Below, piece by piece: positions 12,171 through 25,199 of a stretch of DNA of 64,000 bases. Source of the DNA: Eledone cirrhosa (taxonomy: Eukaryota); NCBI GenBank assembly GCA_964016885.1, contig OZ024746.1, forward strand, positions 97,402,001 to 97,466,000. The letters are read 5' to 3'. The notes beneath the pieces were generated by a model. That model did no database searches. It saw nothing but the letters and a program-made list of their open reading frames with translations, and was not told the DNA's origin. The position numbers and the translations under genes were made by a program. How positions within the stretch are numbered: position 1 is the stretch's first letter; every line of letters starts with the position of its first letter.

Positions 12171-12754
12171 TCTGTTTTAACTAATGTTTGGTAGTTATTT
12201 TAATACTATATACAATACTGAATGCATTGTGTCCATAAGAGAATTTGCCTAAATTAAGCCATTATGGAGTATTGCATGAATGAAAGGAGACATTGCTTCT
12301 TTCTTAATTCATAACAGCGGTTCTCAAACGTTTTTCTCAAACCATCATATTGGTTGTTTGATGTTAGTGGGAACATTTTAGCAGTGAAATTTCAAGGGCA
12401 AGGTATAGTTATGTAGTTATTACAGCAGTAAGCTATAACTATTATGATGATTTTATTTCGAATCTTAGTTACTTCTTACATAGTTTGAGGTAGAAAATTG
12501 TATTAACTGCATTAAAGAAACAGAACATGTCAAGACTTCTTAAGTGTTAATGGTTCACTATAATGTTGTTTCACAACAAATCAGAATATTCTTGTAAATG
12601 AACACTAAGAAGAAATAAAATTTCACGTGACATGCAGTTGGAACAAAGAGCAATTGTTCAGTTGTTTGAGAGCTTCAAATCCTTTGGTTACATATTTTTA
12701 ATGAAAACCACAGCCTATGGTGTTTTGAAATTATTTTGAAAACAATAAAAAATG

Positions 12755-13082
12755 TTACTCAATAAAGTGTGTAGCTTGGAGATCAGAGAGTCACTCCAGG
12801 TAGAACCACTACTTCTATGAATTGAGAGACCACAGCTCTGATACTATGGACATATGGTTAGAATATCTCAGGGAATAATCGCTGGACAGATTTTGTGGGC
12901 AAAACCAACAGGTAGGAGACCCAGAGGTAGACCCCGAATAAGATGGTTAGCTAACATCCATGAGCTTGGCTGGTCACACTTGGGTATCCAGCCGGATCAG
13001 TTGGAGACAGGACCTGCTGGAAGGAGTGTTTGAGGACTCTGTCACCACGACCCTCTCAGGAATAAGTGGCAGAAGAAGAAGA
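12755..13082 (+). mobile_element. RTE LINE family 2 (Expander/Rex3-like) 3' fragment with (GAA)n tail
   Basis: YGHMVRISQ..ILWAKPTGRRPRGRPRIRWL; matches 19210-19560. Confidence 0.85.
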
Positions 13083-13162
13083 GTATGTATGTGACATGAC
13101 TGGTCATGAAGAAAAAGTATAAAAAATTTTGAGACATTTAGTAATATAACAAATTAGTTATC

Positions 13163-13412
13163 TGGTGGATTGGCAGGGTCAGTAGAGCATCGGCACCATG
13201 CTTCACGGCATAGAGTTACGACCCTTTACGTTCTGAGTTCAAATCCCACCAAGGTTAACGTTGCCTGTCATCCTTATGGAGTTGATAAAATAAAATACCA
13301 GTAATGCACTGGAGTTGATAAAATAAAGTACCAGTAATGCACTGGAGGTCGAATTAATCGACTTCCTCTCACCCAAAATGGTTGGCCTCATATCTAAATC
13401 AAAAACAATTAC
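13163..13412 (+). mobile_element. SINE family A with a short internal duplication
   Basis: Same head and core; GGAGTTGATAAAATAAA..CCAGTAATGCACT present twice. Confidence 0.85.
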
Positions 13413-13684
13413 CATATTTCCCGGCGTCAAAGACACTACTTTTTCCTTAAAATAAGTCTCAGAAGTCTCAAAACCAAAGATTGTTTATTATTTTTTTTCA
13501 AATTTTTGGTTGTCAAAATTAGGATGCGTCCACAAGGACAAAGCATCATCGGCGCCGGGAGATGCAGTAATTTAAATTTTTGGGTGGGAGTGAGTAAATA
13601 GATATTTATTTTATTTCTCTCTTTAATACTTACGAGGAAAAATAATGTTAAATTTTATTCACAGTTGTGTAAATAGGGAGTCCA

Positions 13685-14175
13685 TTGATTTGGAAAGAAG
13701 TCAAGTAAGGCTTCTCCATTCATATTTAGATCGGGGCTGCCATTCCATCCAATCACTCCTTTCCATGTCAGGTCATCAGTACCAGCATGTGCACTGAATT
13801 CTCCCATCAGGATATATGACTCAGTCTTAACTACATCTAACGCTGCAGTGACTTCATCAAGGAAGGACCTGTATCCACATTCCTTGTTTGGTGCATAAAC
13901 TTGCACACCCACAGACACCTATCTTTCAGCCTAAGCTTCAAGAGGCAACTATTCGCACCTAATGAGATCCAGTCCATAACACATTCTGACAGCCGGGGGT
14001 TTGTGAGTATCCCCACTCTCACCTGTGCAGTCATTTCTGGCACAACACCTGAATAGTGGAGTTTCCATCCTCCATCCAAATCTACAGTATCAGAGCCACA
14101 GAACTTTGTTGAGGAAACCCTGACTACATCTAGCTAGTAGATCTAGCCTCCTCCACTAGTTCCTGCTCCTTAGCT
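13685..14175 (-). mobile_element. RTE family 2 AP-endonuclease fragment
   Basis: GGWKLHYSGV...VGIL...QVYAPN...ILMGEFSAHAG...GVIG..G..DLN.NG..LLDF motifs. Confidence 0.85.
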
Positions 14176-14770
14176 GTAAGCCTGCACAGTGACCTCTACA
14201 TATGAATAGTGTTCCATTGAAGCGGGTGGAGAAGTTCAAGTTTCCTGAGTCCATGTCCACTAGTGATGGAAGGCAGGAGGCTGAATTAAGTACAAGAATT
14301 GCAGGAACTGGTGCAATAATGTGACAGCTTCAACATTCAATAATCAGAAGAGGGAAGGTAGGCATAAAAGCGAAAACTCACTATCTTTGATTTAGTATTC
14401 GTACCAACCCTTACCTAGGGTCATCAATCTTGGGTAATGACTGAAAGAAGCAACCGTCTCCAACTAATCTGGCTGGATCCCAAAAGTGAGACTTACCAAG
14501 CTCATGGATGTTATCCAACCATCTTGCTTGGGGTCTATCCCTGGGTCTCCTACCAGTTGGTTTTGCCCATAAAATCTGTCCACCAATTCTTTCCTGAGAC
14601 ATTCTAACCACATGCCCATAGTATCAGAGTTGTGATCTTTCAATTTGGAGAAGTAGTGGCTCTACCAGCAGTGACTCTCTGATCTCCGAGCTATGCACTT
14701 TATCGAGTAACTTTACTCCAAAGACCCTTTGTAGGGATCTCATTTCAGCCATTTGTATTTGATCTACTTG
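14175..14770. mobile_element. Rearranged RTE family 2 RT pieces (14175-14345 on +, 14410-14770 on -)
   Basis: Both pieces match segments of the 19210-21007 element. Confidence 0.75.
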
Positions 14771-15199
14771 GAGTTACTCTTTCATCTCCGATCTACGTAC
14801 TGTTGTAATATTCTTTGAACAGGAAATGTAACATGTTATCTGAGAAACAGCTATAAATCATTGCTGGGAGGCATTGTATTGATAAAAGATGTCACTGCAA
14901 TAATACTGAGGTAAAGATTTGTGATAAATTCCAAATATCAAATTTAATGAAAGCATCCACATTGCCTCAAAATGCCACTCAAGGATAAACTTCTGTTATG
15001 AGAGAAACTTTGTGGTCCCTTGATCTGTTAGAATTATCAACACAATCTCTCTTGAATCTTTCCCTTTCATCTTAAAAACAGGATGACGTTGCATAATGTA
15101 TTTTGGATGGTTTAATCAGAGCTGATCTGTGGCTTATCAATGTCAACAACAGTAAACCTATTTGATAATGAAGCAGTTAACTGAACTTATTTTTTAAAA

Positions 15200-15509
15200 G
15201 TATCGGAGCTGTGATCTCTCAATTCAGAGAAGTAGCAGCTCTACCTGGAGTGACTCTCTGATCTGCATGCTACACACTATGGGCATGTGGTTAGAATGTC
15301 TGAGGAAAGAAATGCTGGAATCGAGTGAAACAAAAAGGTAGGAGAGCCAGGAGTAGACCCTGAGGGAGATGGTTGAATAACATCCATGAGTTAGGCTGGT
15401 CATGCTTGGGGATGGTTGCTTCTGACAGGACCTGTGAGAGGAAGTGTTTGAGAACTCTTCTCCTACAACCGTCTCAAGAATAAATTGGTGAAGAAAAGTA
15501 GAAGAAGAA
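15200..15509 (+). mobile_element. RTE family 2 3' fragment with inverted 5' segment
   Basis: 15200-15277 is the reverse complement of the sequence that normally precedes TATGGGCATGTGG (compare 60225-60310). Confidence 0.8.
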
Positions 15510-16473
15510 TTAATATTCGCAGTGAGAGACAATAATGTATAGCCAAGGTTAGTGTGAACATATACAGCAAAGGTCTCTACAAAGACATAAATTATTAACT
15601 TCATTTCCACATTTGAAATTTCTTAACATTCCTCGTTTATATTCAAAGTTAGATAATTGGTAAGTTAAGAAATTCTAAGGTATTATAATTCATCATTATT
15701 TATTCTACAATAAAGCGAGAGTTAAAAGATGACAAGAAAACTAATTGATAATTTTGGCGAATACCAAATATCCTACAAATAATATTCTTATAAACCCTAT
15801 TATTAATTAAAAGCTATATCATAATGAAAACTATTATACAATAGGAAGATTTATATTGCATGACACAAAGAAAATTCTAAAGAAGATTAATTTCTAGCAA
15901 AAATGATGTTTTAAACAATCATAAAATAAGCACTTGTAATAATATTATTAATAAAGTCTATTAAATAAAGTCTATTGCTATAAAATACATATATGTAATT
16001 GTTATAAGTGAAAAACTTTGATATGATTTCAGTGTTAAAAGACATTAAAGAAAAGATTAGCAACAAAATTGACTCTGATGGAATTAAAAATAAAATGCCA
16101 TTTAAATAAATGCCTAAGTAAACAAATATGAGAAAATATATTGATATCTCATAAATAAAAATATAGGCAATAATTTAATTTATTGGTTACTAATCCAGGA
16201 TTGAATGGCAAATATATGTATATAACTAAGTAAAGTGGTGTGTGTAAACAAAGATTATATATATATCATCATTATCATCATCACCGTTTAGAGACTATTT
16301 TTCCATGCTTGCAATGGTTAGTCATGTCGTCGATGCCGGGAGGTAAGTCTAACCAGAGTTGGCCATATCACACCATGCTCCAGCGAGGACTGTAAAGTTG
16401 GCCTGGTATTTTACAGCTGGATGCACTTCCTAATACCAACTACATTTACAGTGTGGAACTTGTATATATATAT

Positions 16474-17416
16474 ATCAGCAGTGGGGGAGGGTGCTCTGAA
16501 AGTACAGTAGCTAGAGTCAGAACTGGATGGAAAAAGTTCAGAGAGCTTATACCACTATTAGCCGCTAAAGGGTTCTTCCTAAAAATGAAAGGCAGGTTGT
16601 ATGATGCCTGCATACGTACAGCAATGTTGCATGGCAGTGAGACCTGGGCATTGTGTGCAGAGGATATACGCAGACTAGAGAGGAACGAAGCTTGCATGCT
16701 CCGCTGGATGTGTAATAGTAATATACGTGAACGGCAAAGCATAAACGAACTAAGGAAAAAATTAGAAATAAGAGGGATCAGATGTTGTTTACTCGAGAGA
16801 AGGCTACGTTGGTATGGTCACGTGATGCGCATGAAAGACGACAGCTGTATAACAAAGTGCAGGGCAATAAAGATAGATGGTAGCCACGGAGTAGGCAGAC
16901 CCAGAAAAACCTGGGACGAGCTGATAAATTCCGACCTCACACACTTACACCTCTCCAAGACAATGTCACTGGACCGAGACCTTTGGCGGTACTCAGTAAT
17001 AGAGAAGACCCACCTTACCTAAATACAAAGTAAAACCTACTACAGTCAGTAGGCATCTCTAACAAAATACACCCCGTCCCACCACCCCCACCCTATCCAC
17101 ACCGCCCCTTTCAATGTAAAGTTATGTTGGTACCACAACATCCAGGCCGAAACAAATGAGATCGTGTAGGTGTCACGACAAAAAACACACAGTCCACGCT
17201 GTAATGTGGCCGTGTAGGCAACACGGTAAAAACCTCCCAGCCCCACACTGTAAATGTGGTTGGTGTTAGGAAGGGCATCCAGCTGTAGAAAACCCGCCAG
17301 ACAGTCCTATGCGAGCAAGACAACCACTCTTGCCTCAAGTGGGAAAACTCCCGTCCAAACCCATGCAAGCGTGGAACATGGACGTTAAACGATGATGATG
17401 ATGATGATGATGATGA
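16474..17416 (+). mobile_element. RTE LINE family 1, 5'-truncated: RT C-terminal ORF (to 17022), 3' UTR and (GAT)n tail
   Basis: ARVRTGWKKFREL..KGRLYDACIRTAMLHGSETW..RLRWYGHVMRM..GRPRKTW; second copy at 63636-64000. Confidence 0.92.
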
Positions 17417-17477
17417 TATATATATATAAATATATATTAAAATATAAGTATTAATAAATAGATGTTCTTTTGATCAA

Positions 17478-17538
17478 TTACATTTTATTATACATATTTC
17501 AGATGTACAACAGTACGTCCTCATCAGACAAAATATAA
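17478..17538 (-). ncRNA. Minimal type-I hammerhead ribozyme
   Basis: Reverse complement: TTATATTTTGT CTGATGA GGACGTAC-TGTT-GTACATCT GAAA T ATGT A TA^ ATAAAATGTAA. Confidence 0.75.
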
Positions 17539-17570
17539 TGATACATGACATACCCTGAGATGTTAAATGG

Positions 17571-17631
17571 TTATATTTTGTCTGATGAGGACGTGCTGTT
17601 GCACATCCGAAATATGTATAATAAAATGTAA
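17571..17631 (+). ncRNA. Minimal type-I hammerhead ribozyme
   Basis: Stem I TTATATTTTGT/ATAAAATGTAA; CTGATGA 17582-17588; stem II GGACGTGC-TGTT-GCACATCC; GAAA 17609-17612; stem III T-ATGT-A; predicted cleavage after ATA at 17620. Confidence 0.85.
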
Positions 17632-17814
17632 TTGATCAAAAGAACATCTATTTTATTAATACTTATATTTTAATATTAATAACTCCAGAAAATTATTTTT
17701 TATTGTTGAGTGCTTCCAATCTACTGTAAAACTCATTCTTTGACATACTCATTGAATATTGTTTAACAATTTAATATATATATATACATATATAAAGATA
17801 GATAGATAGATATA

Positions 17815-19209
17815 TCATCATCATCATTTTCATGTCTGTTTTTCCATGCTTGCATGGTATGGATGGGTCCTTCTTAGCATTCATCTCTCCATTCATCATG
17901 TTCCTTCATCATCCCTTCTGTGAGTCTCAGAGATTTGAGGTCAGCTCTCACATCTGCTCAGGTCTTTCTTGGTTTACCTCTACTGTGGTTTCCTTCCATC
18001 TGGATTTCCTGGCATTTCTTCACACAGCAATCATTGTTTATGTGCATCACATGTTTGTATCAACACAGTCGTCTCTCCTGCCCACCACCTTGGATTCCTT
18101 TTAAACCCAGCTCAACTCGTCAAAGTTCTGCCTTTCTCTCACAGTTATATTGCACAGTCAACGAAACATGGTTGCTTCATTTCTCTCAGGTCTATGCATG
18201 TCCTCTGCAGTCACAGCCTATGTTTCATTATCATGTAGCACCACATGTCCTCTGCAGCCACAACCCATGTTTCATTACCATGTAGCACCACATATCCTCT
18301 GTAGTCACAGCCCATGTTTCACTACCATGTAGTACTACATGTCCTCCTCAGTCAAAGCCCATGTTTCACTACTATGCAGCATTGCACTTCACACACAGGA
18401 GTCATACAATCATTTTTTCGTACATAGAGAGAAACATTTTGCAATCAACAGTGGAAGGAGTTCCTCTAAACTTTTTCCATCCAATCCATATTTTAGTTCT
18501 TATCCCCCATTGCTAAATAAGTTGCCTAGATAACAGAAGCTTCCCCTCACTGGAAAAGGTTTACATCACTGGCACTTTTCCCCTCAATTACCCCTATGCA
18601 TCTTCTATATGTAAAGTGTTCCCTTCCTATTAGTCTACCCCTTATTCCACTACATCTTTTGTGAACCCAAGATTTACATTGTGTACATCGTATGGAGTTT
18701 ATTCCTACTCCCTTTCTACATATTGAGCTAGACCACTTCCCTGAAAGAATCAGGTTCCTATCATCTTTCCTACTTACTAACACTTTAGTTTTGGCTAAGT
18801 TTACTTTCAGACCTTTTGATTCCAAATTCTGTTTCCATAGTCAGAACTTATTTGCTAGTTCTTTAATGGATACAGATATAAGGATCAGATCATCTGCATA
18901 GAGAAGTTCCCATGGGCAGCTCGTCTTAAACTCCTCTGTTATTATAGCCTGGAGGACCACAATGAATAATAGTAGGCAAAGAACCAAAACCTCATGAATT
19001 CCTCACTAAACTCACTTTCTACTCTCATTTTACTGACAGCTCCTCTGTACATGGCTTGAACAGCTCTAACCAGCCATCCTTCTACATCTAATTTTCTTAA
19101 GGACCACCAGATAATATCATAGACTGAGGTACTTGGTCAAAGGTCATTTCTAAATCAGTGAAAGCTAGGTTTAGCAGCTTATTTTTGGATTGGAACTTCT
19201 CTTGTAGTT
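17815..19209 (-). mobile_element. Decayed RTE family 1-like LINE, 3' part (RT domain to tail); continues at 21008-21345
   Basis: ELLYADDL.., KGLKVNLAKTKV.., SIRCTQCKSWVHKRCSG; internal 4x47-bp duplication at 18199-18385. Confidence 0.85.
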
Positions 19210-21007
19210 CTTCTTTTCTTCTTTGCCCACTTATTCCTGCAAGAGTCATGGGGCAGATCCTCAAACACTCTTTCCAGTGAGTCCTGTCAGAACCAAATAT
19301 CTCTAACTGATCCAGCTAGATTCCCAAGTGAGACCAGCCAAGCTCATGGATGTTATCTAACTGTCTTGCTCGGGGTCTACCTCTGCGTCTCTTGCTGATT
19401 GGTTTTGCCCATAAAATCTGTCCAGCGATTCTTTCCTGAGACATTCTAACCCTATGCCCATAGTATTGGAGCTGTAATCTCTCAATTCAGAGAAGTAGTG
19501 GCTCTATCTGGTGTAACTCTCTGATCTCCAATCTATGCACTCTATTAAGTAACATTACTCCAAAAACCCTTCGGAGGAATCCCATTTCAGCCGCTTGTAC
19601 TCAGGATCATATTTTTTGGACATTACTCAAGATAGGACCATAGGTAAGGGTTGGCACTAATACCAAATTGAAGATAGCCAGTTTGGCTTTAACACCTACC
19701 TCCCTTCTTTTGATTAACAAATGCTGAAACTGTCACATTACTTCACCAGCTCCTGCAATTCTTACACTTAATTCAGCCTCCTGCCTTCCATCACTCATGA
19801 ACATGACCCCGAGATACTTGAACTACTCCTCCATCTTCAGTGGAACTCCATTCATATGTAAAGTGCACTGTGCAGGTTTCCTTGAGATGACAATTGTCTG
19901 TTTTTGCAGCACTGATTTGCATTCCAGCAAAGTCGGAGATCACCTTCTGTTGAGTTAAGTAACACTATGTCGTCTGCAAATTCCAGCCGACTGATTTTAC
20001 ACCCGTCAGTCATGCTACCACTTCCAACCCAGCTGTGCATGTCAATTCTGTTCATGAAAATAATGAACAGGAGAGATGACAGCATGCACCCTGAATGGTT
20101 TTGATTTAGCTCCATTTATCTGAACACAAATACTTGGGCATTCATATTGAGGCATCAGTAAGAAGCTGACCATCGATTCCATACTCCAACAGAATCTTCC
20201 ACAGCAGGTCCCAAGAAATGTGATCATATATCTTCTCGAATTCTACAAAACAAAAATATAACTATTGGCAGTATTCCTACAATTCCTCAAAGAACTTCCA
20301 CAGTGTGAATATTTGGTCGGCTGTGCTGCATCCAGGGCAAAATCAACACTGTTCATCAGCTAGCTTGAACTCGAAAAATCTCCCTATATCTCTTTGCCAG
20401 GCACTTGGCTTAGACTTTACCAGGGAGGCTTAACAAGGAGATCTATTTGTAATTGGAACAATCTCTCTCATCTCCCGTTTTGAAGGTTGGGATAATCACT
20501 AATTTGCCATTGGTGAGGTGCTTGCTAGAAATCCAGGTCACTTGGCACACTCGTGTCAGCCAGCAAAAAACTTCTCTATTTAAGGCTTTTAACATAATGG
20601 ATTTCAACTTCCTCAGCGGTCTTGCAACATTTGAGCTCTTTAACAGCTCTTGTGACCTCTCAGCCTTCAAAATGCTCTAGTAATCATGTTTAGGAGATCA
20701 GCAAAGAATTCTCTCCACCTCATGAGGTTGTACCTCTCTGAAGAGAGGAGAATCATGGATATGTTCCTGCAGGTGTGGAGGTGGGCTTCTTATTACAAAG
20801 TCAGTGGATGGTCTGCCAGAACATTTTATTAGCTGATCTGAAGATTCCAGCTTTACCTCAAAATCTTCCCATGTCTTAACTTTGGACGCCTTTACTGTTT
20901 CTGCCACAATTTTATGTGCCTGATTGTACTGCAAATGCAGGATGGAGGACTTATTTCTAAGCCAAGCTTCGTAGGGCCCCTTCTTTACTCAGATGGCATC
21001 TTTGACT
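19210..21007 (-). mobile_element. RTE family 2 LINE (1.8 kb, 5'-truncated) nested in the preceding RTE
   Basis: RT motifs LSSLLFIIFMNRI..LEFADDIVLL; (GAA)n tail; 10-bp TSD TCTTGTAGTT at 19200-19209 and 21008-21017. Confidence 0.9.
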
Positions 21008-21345
21008 TCTTGTAGTTGCTTCACTATAAAGAGGGCATCTGTATTACTTTTCCCAGGCACGAAACCAAATGGCATATCATCTAATTTGACTCTTTCTCTA
21101 ATTAGTTATGCTATAACTCTTTCCACCACTTTCATGACTTGGTCCATTAGTTTTATACCTCTATAGTTGCTCCTTTCTAGAGCATTACCTTTGCCCTTGT
21201 AGCAATTAATGAATGTACTGTTGCACCAGTCATTGGGTATGACACCGTCCTGTATTTCCTGATTAACTATGTGGGTTACTGATTTAACTCCTATTTCTCA
21301 TGATGCTTTTAGCATTTCAGCAATTATCTCTGATGGTCCCAAGCC
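21008..21345 (-). mobile_element. 5' continuation of the host RTE
   Basis: Reverse complement encodes IPNDWCNS..CYKGKGNALE.SNYRGIKL..FGFVPGKSNTDALFIVKQLQE. Confidence 0.85.
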
Positions 21346-21377
21346 ATCTAGTAGTTGGTTCCCTCCAAAGGAGCGTA

Positions 21378-21598
21378 TTGGATTGGCAGTATCATTAGAG
21401 CATCGAACACCATGCCTCACAGCATAGAGCTACATCCCTTTATCATCTGAGTTCAAATCCCGCCGAGGTTAGCTTTGCCTTTCATCCTTACAGGGTTGAT
21501 AAAGTAAATTAACAGTAATGCACTGGGGATCGATTTAATCAACTTCAGCCCTTCCCTTTCAAATTGCTGGCCTTGTAGTTAAAGTATAAACAATTATT
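21378..21598 (+). mobile_element. SINE family A
   Basis: Head and core motifs as 4126-4313. Confidence 0.85.
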
Positions 21599-21769
21599 AT
21601 AAGAAGGAAGAGGAGGAGGATAGTTCCTTAATGTTGTTAACCTTTCTGGATCTGATTTAAATTTCATGAGAAATGTATATATATATTTTTTTATCTCAGA
21701 AAATGGATAGCTGGCGTGTTATACAGACATATATCCTCATTTAAAGTAGATACATAGATTTTTAGTAGC

Positions 21770-21945
21770 ATTATTAATCTTATCTAAATTTTCGTTATGG
21801 TCCTTTATACTTGCTTGACATACAATAACATCATTAATATGAGTAAATAGTCCATTTAGATTATTAACAGTAATTATGTTCTCAGTTATTCTTTGAAAAG
21901 CAGCTCCTGTATTCTTCAACACAAAAAAGCATTTTACAAATTTGA
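21770..21945 (-). mobile_element. Ty3/gypsy reverse-transcriptase remnant
   Basis: LKNTGAAFQR...FTHINDVIV...DHNENL resembles the gypsy PFGLKNAxAxFQR...YIDDxxV...H..xL signature; catalytic YxDD decayed. Confidence 0.6.
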
Positions 21946-22074
21946 TATATGGAACATATGAGTAAGATATGGGTCTCTATCCAGTCTAGTCTTGGATCAT
22001 GGTAACACATCCAATCCACATTAGCATGTAAACTGATGATGATATAATTTTGCATTCCTGAATTTTATATTGAA

Positions 22075-22197
22075 CTAGACCACCCGTGACCCATTGGGTC
22101 ACATTCACATAAAAATATTTTTTTTAAATCATGTTCACTTAAAAATAATTTTTACAGCTCTATCTCTCTCTCTTCTATTTTCCTTCTCTTCCTCCAC

Positions 22198-22252
<55 letters not shown>

Positions 22253-22469
22253 CTATTCTCTCACAACCACTATCTCTTTCTCTCCATTTATGAAGGTACC
22301 TGGAAAAAAACCTGTATCTCGGGAACCCATACATTGATTTATACAAAACTTGTTTTATTCCATTTCAGAGTCAACTTCCTTTCAAACTATTTTCCCATTA
22401 TGCGCCCTTTTGGCTGTATTACATTACAGACGAGCAAGCAAACATCACAGACTTTTAGTATTATATCGA
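22075..22469 (-). mobile_element. Non-autonomous Helitron containing (CT)n
   Basis: A-CTAG end beside hairpin GTGACCCA-T-TGGGTCAC (22086-22102); other end reads TCGATATAATACTAAAA on the minus strand. Confidence 0.7.
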
Positions 22470-22910
22470 AAAACAACATTTGATTAGTTTGCTAACAAAC
22501 AGCCTCATTACACTATGTTTTATAGATGACCATTGTCATCCTTTTGTTCTAGCAGTGACAGAGAGAAACAATCAACAATAATATTGTTTCTGGGTTATTA
22601 CCATTGATTTGAGAATATTATGATGATGATGATGAATAAGAAATATTTTATCCTCCTCTGTTGCTGTAACTGCTTAAAAACTTTGAAAAGTCCAACACAG
22701 CTGAGACCAGTTTACTTGATATTATAAATCAAATGAATACCAAATAGGTTTTGGTCTTAAAAAAATTGTCCATTATTTTGCTTGTATAAATTTCCTTATA
22801 GTTGTAGCCTCACTTTTCAATGTGAGTTATGATACCTACTGACAATGTGGACTCTAAACAAAGTAACTTTCTATGATAATGATACATTTTATTCTATATT
22901 GCTTGCCTAA

Positions 22911-23416
22911 AACATTTAGCATTTACATTACTCTAAATTTACAACTAGCTGGCCCTGTGCCGTCAAAAATGATGAATAATTGTAATATCTATACGTAATA
23001 TAAAAAAGAGATGTTTGTTGGCTGGTTGGTTGGTTGGTTCCTTTGCACTCACTCACACAAGTGATACAAACACACAGCTGTGATAAATCTTACAACACTG
23101 GACTTCTATAGTTTCTCACCCCTGCCTTCCTTAGTCATCACATAGATGTGTGTGTATTAGACACCCCTTTCTTCCTCAGTTATCTCTTTTGAGTGATGGA
23201 CAAATACACAGGACGATTATATTAGAAGACTATATGTTCATGGTAAAGGCTTTACTTCACATAATATCTCACACAATATCTCTGGAGATTTTGATATTAT
23301 TTATGTTGAGAACAATAACTGAACATCAGTATGTGTGGCCAGTTACAGCTTGTTTGAACAGAAAGAGGTGAGAGAATGTCTGGCCAGATACAGCTGGTTT
23401 AAATGCTAAAGGGTAA
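22911..23416 (-). mobile_element. piggyBac-type MITE A interrupted by a Helitron-like insert (22945-23229)
   Basis: MITE halves rejoin across the insert; insert begins A-CTAG-CTGGCCC and ends TATATTAGAAGA. Confidence 0.7.
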
Positions 23417-23687
23417 AAGAATACTTTTCATTTCTGAATACCAGCAGTAAGAGCAGTGATAGCTGTAACAGCAGCAACAGAATTTGTAAGTTATAGTTAT
23501 AGCTAAAGTAAAGTTGTGTTACATGAATCCAATGGATATCAAAGAAAGAGCTGAATGTATTGCTGTGTAGACAAGAAACACTCTCACACATTTAATTTAG
23601 TGATTTTAGTCTGCTGCTATTCCTATTGTTAAATAATACATGACTGCTGAGGAAATATATGTGCACCCTGGCTGATATCATGTTTAA

Positions 23688-23907
23688 ACCTTTAGCATTT
23701 AAACCAGCATTATCTGGCCAGAATTTTCTCACCTCTTTCTGTTCAAACCGGCCGTAACTTTCCACTCATACTTACGTTAAGGTATTGTTCTCAAAATAAA
23801 TAATATCAAAATCTCATAGATTCGATACTATGTGAGATATTATGTGAGATAAAGCCTTTACCTTGAAAATACAATAGTATATATAAAGTAATCTAAATGC
23901 TAAAGGG
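23688..23907 (+). mobile_element. piggyBac-type MITE family A (about 215 bp)
   Basis: TTAA|ACCTTTAGCATTTA...TAAATGCTAAAGGG|TTAA; further copies at 26766-26984, 28159-28366, 40080-40622 and 59221-59394. Confidence 0.85.
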
Positions 23908-24093
23908 TTAACCCTTTTGATACCAACCCACTATTAAAATCTATCATAACTATGATATATATTAGAACTGTATTATTATGTTCTAAACGTCAACTTAAAG
24001 AAGAATCCTTGGTTATTTTCAATATTAATTGAAACACCTTCAATGTATTTCATAATTAATATGGTACTGAAATGGTTAAAACATTACATGCAT

Positions 24094-24343
<250 letters not shown>

Positions 24344-24424
24344 TCATCATTTATATAAATGTCATTATATTGACATTCGTTGGGTAGGTCATTACAGACA
24401 CAATACTTCACAAAGGATCACAGG

Positions 24425-24930
24425 CAAGGTTGAATTTAGACCTTGAGGACCCGGGGTACTTCAGGTTTGGGAGGAGGATCATACACAACAAATTAGAATA
24501 CACAGCACCCCCTACCCCCCAATTTTACATATCACAGTTAACTTGGTGCAAGTAATTGGAATTGAAAAGTTATACATACAGGTGTTAAATTCAAAAATGT
24601 TAACTATCCTAAAAGTAAAAAGCCCAGCTGAGGGCACAAATAAATTGCTAAACCCATCACTGGTGGGGCCCACCACTGCAGGGGCTTGGGGTTATTCCCC
24701 TCTTTACCCCCCCCCCCATTATATCCGGGCGGTGGATTGGCAGTATTGGTAGAGGGTCGGACACCATGTTTTGCACCAAAGAGTTACGGCCCTTTATGGT
24801 CCGAGTTCAAATCCCGGTGAGATTAACTTTGCCTTTCATCCTTATGGAGTTGATAAAATAAAGTACCAGTAATACACTGGCATAGCTGCTGGCCTTGTGC
24901 CAAAGGTAGAAACAATTATATCCGGGCCTG
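24425..24930 (+). mobile_element. hAT-type MITE with 8-bp TSD, containing a SINE A insertion (about 24728-24917)
   Basis: TSD ATCACAGG at 24417-24424 and 24931-24938; SINE TSD ATTATATCCGGGC; homolog at 41967-42283. Confidence 0.8.
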
Positions 24931-25199
24931 ATCACAGGACCATATTTTGTTCAATATGTTCCATTTTTGGCATGGTTTCTCAAGGAAAAGAGAATGCTGG
25001 TACATTATGCAGAAGGGCAAATCCCCAGTAAATCTAGCTCTGAGGACAGAGAAAAACCCCAATTGATTAAGTGGTGAGCATGTCTTTTATGATCTTTTCC
25101 ATCATGTTTGAGATGTTGGAAGTGAGTGTTATTGTACAAATCCTTTACTAATACAGATACAACAAGCATTTTAAAACCATCTCCCTTGCTAAAGTTGTG

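Larger units (their letters stand above)
17434..17772. mobile_element. Fold-back element (arms 17434-17538 / 17571-17676, long arm extends to ~17772), probable Penelope-like terminal repeat
   Basis: About 105-bp inverted arms, 32-bp spacer, (TA)n flanks, hammerhead in each arm. Confidence 0.8.

Noticed and set aside
13411-13652. pogo/Tigger-like MITE (ACCATATTTCCCGGCG start); also CAGNGGTTCTCAAAC hAT-like starts near 1630 and 12315
   Set aside because: The matching second terminus and TSD are too degenerate to support a call
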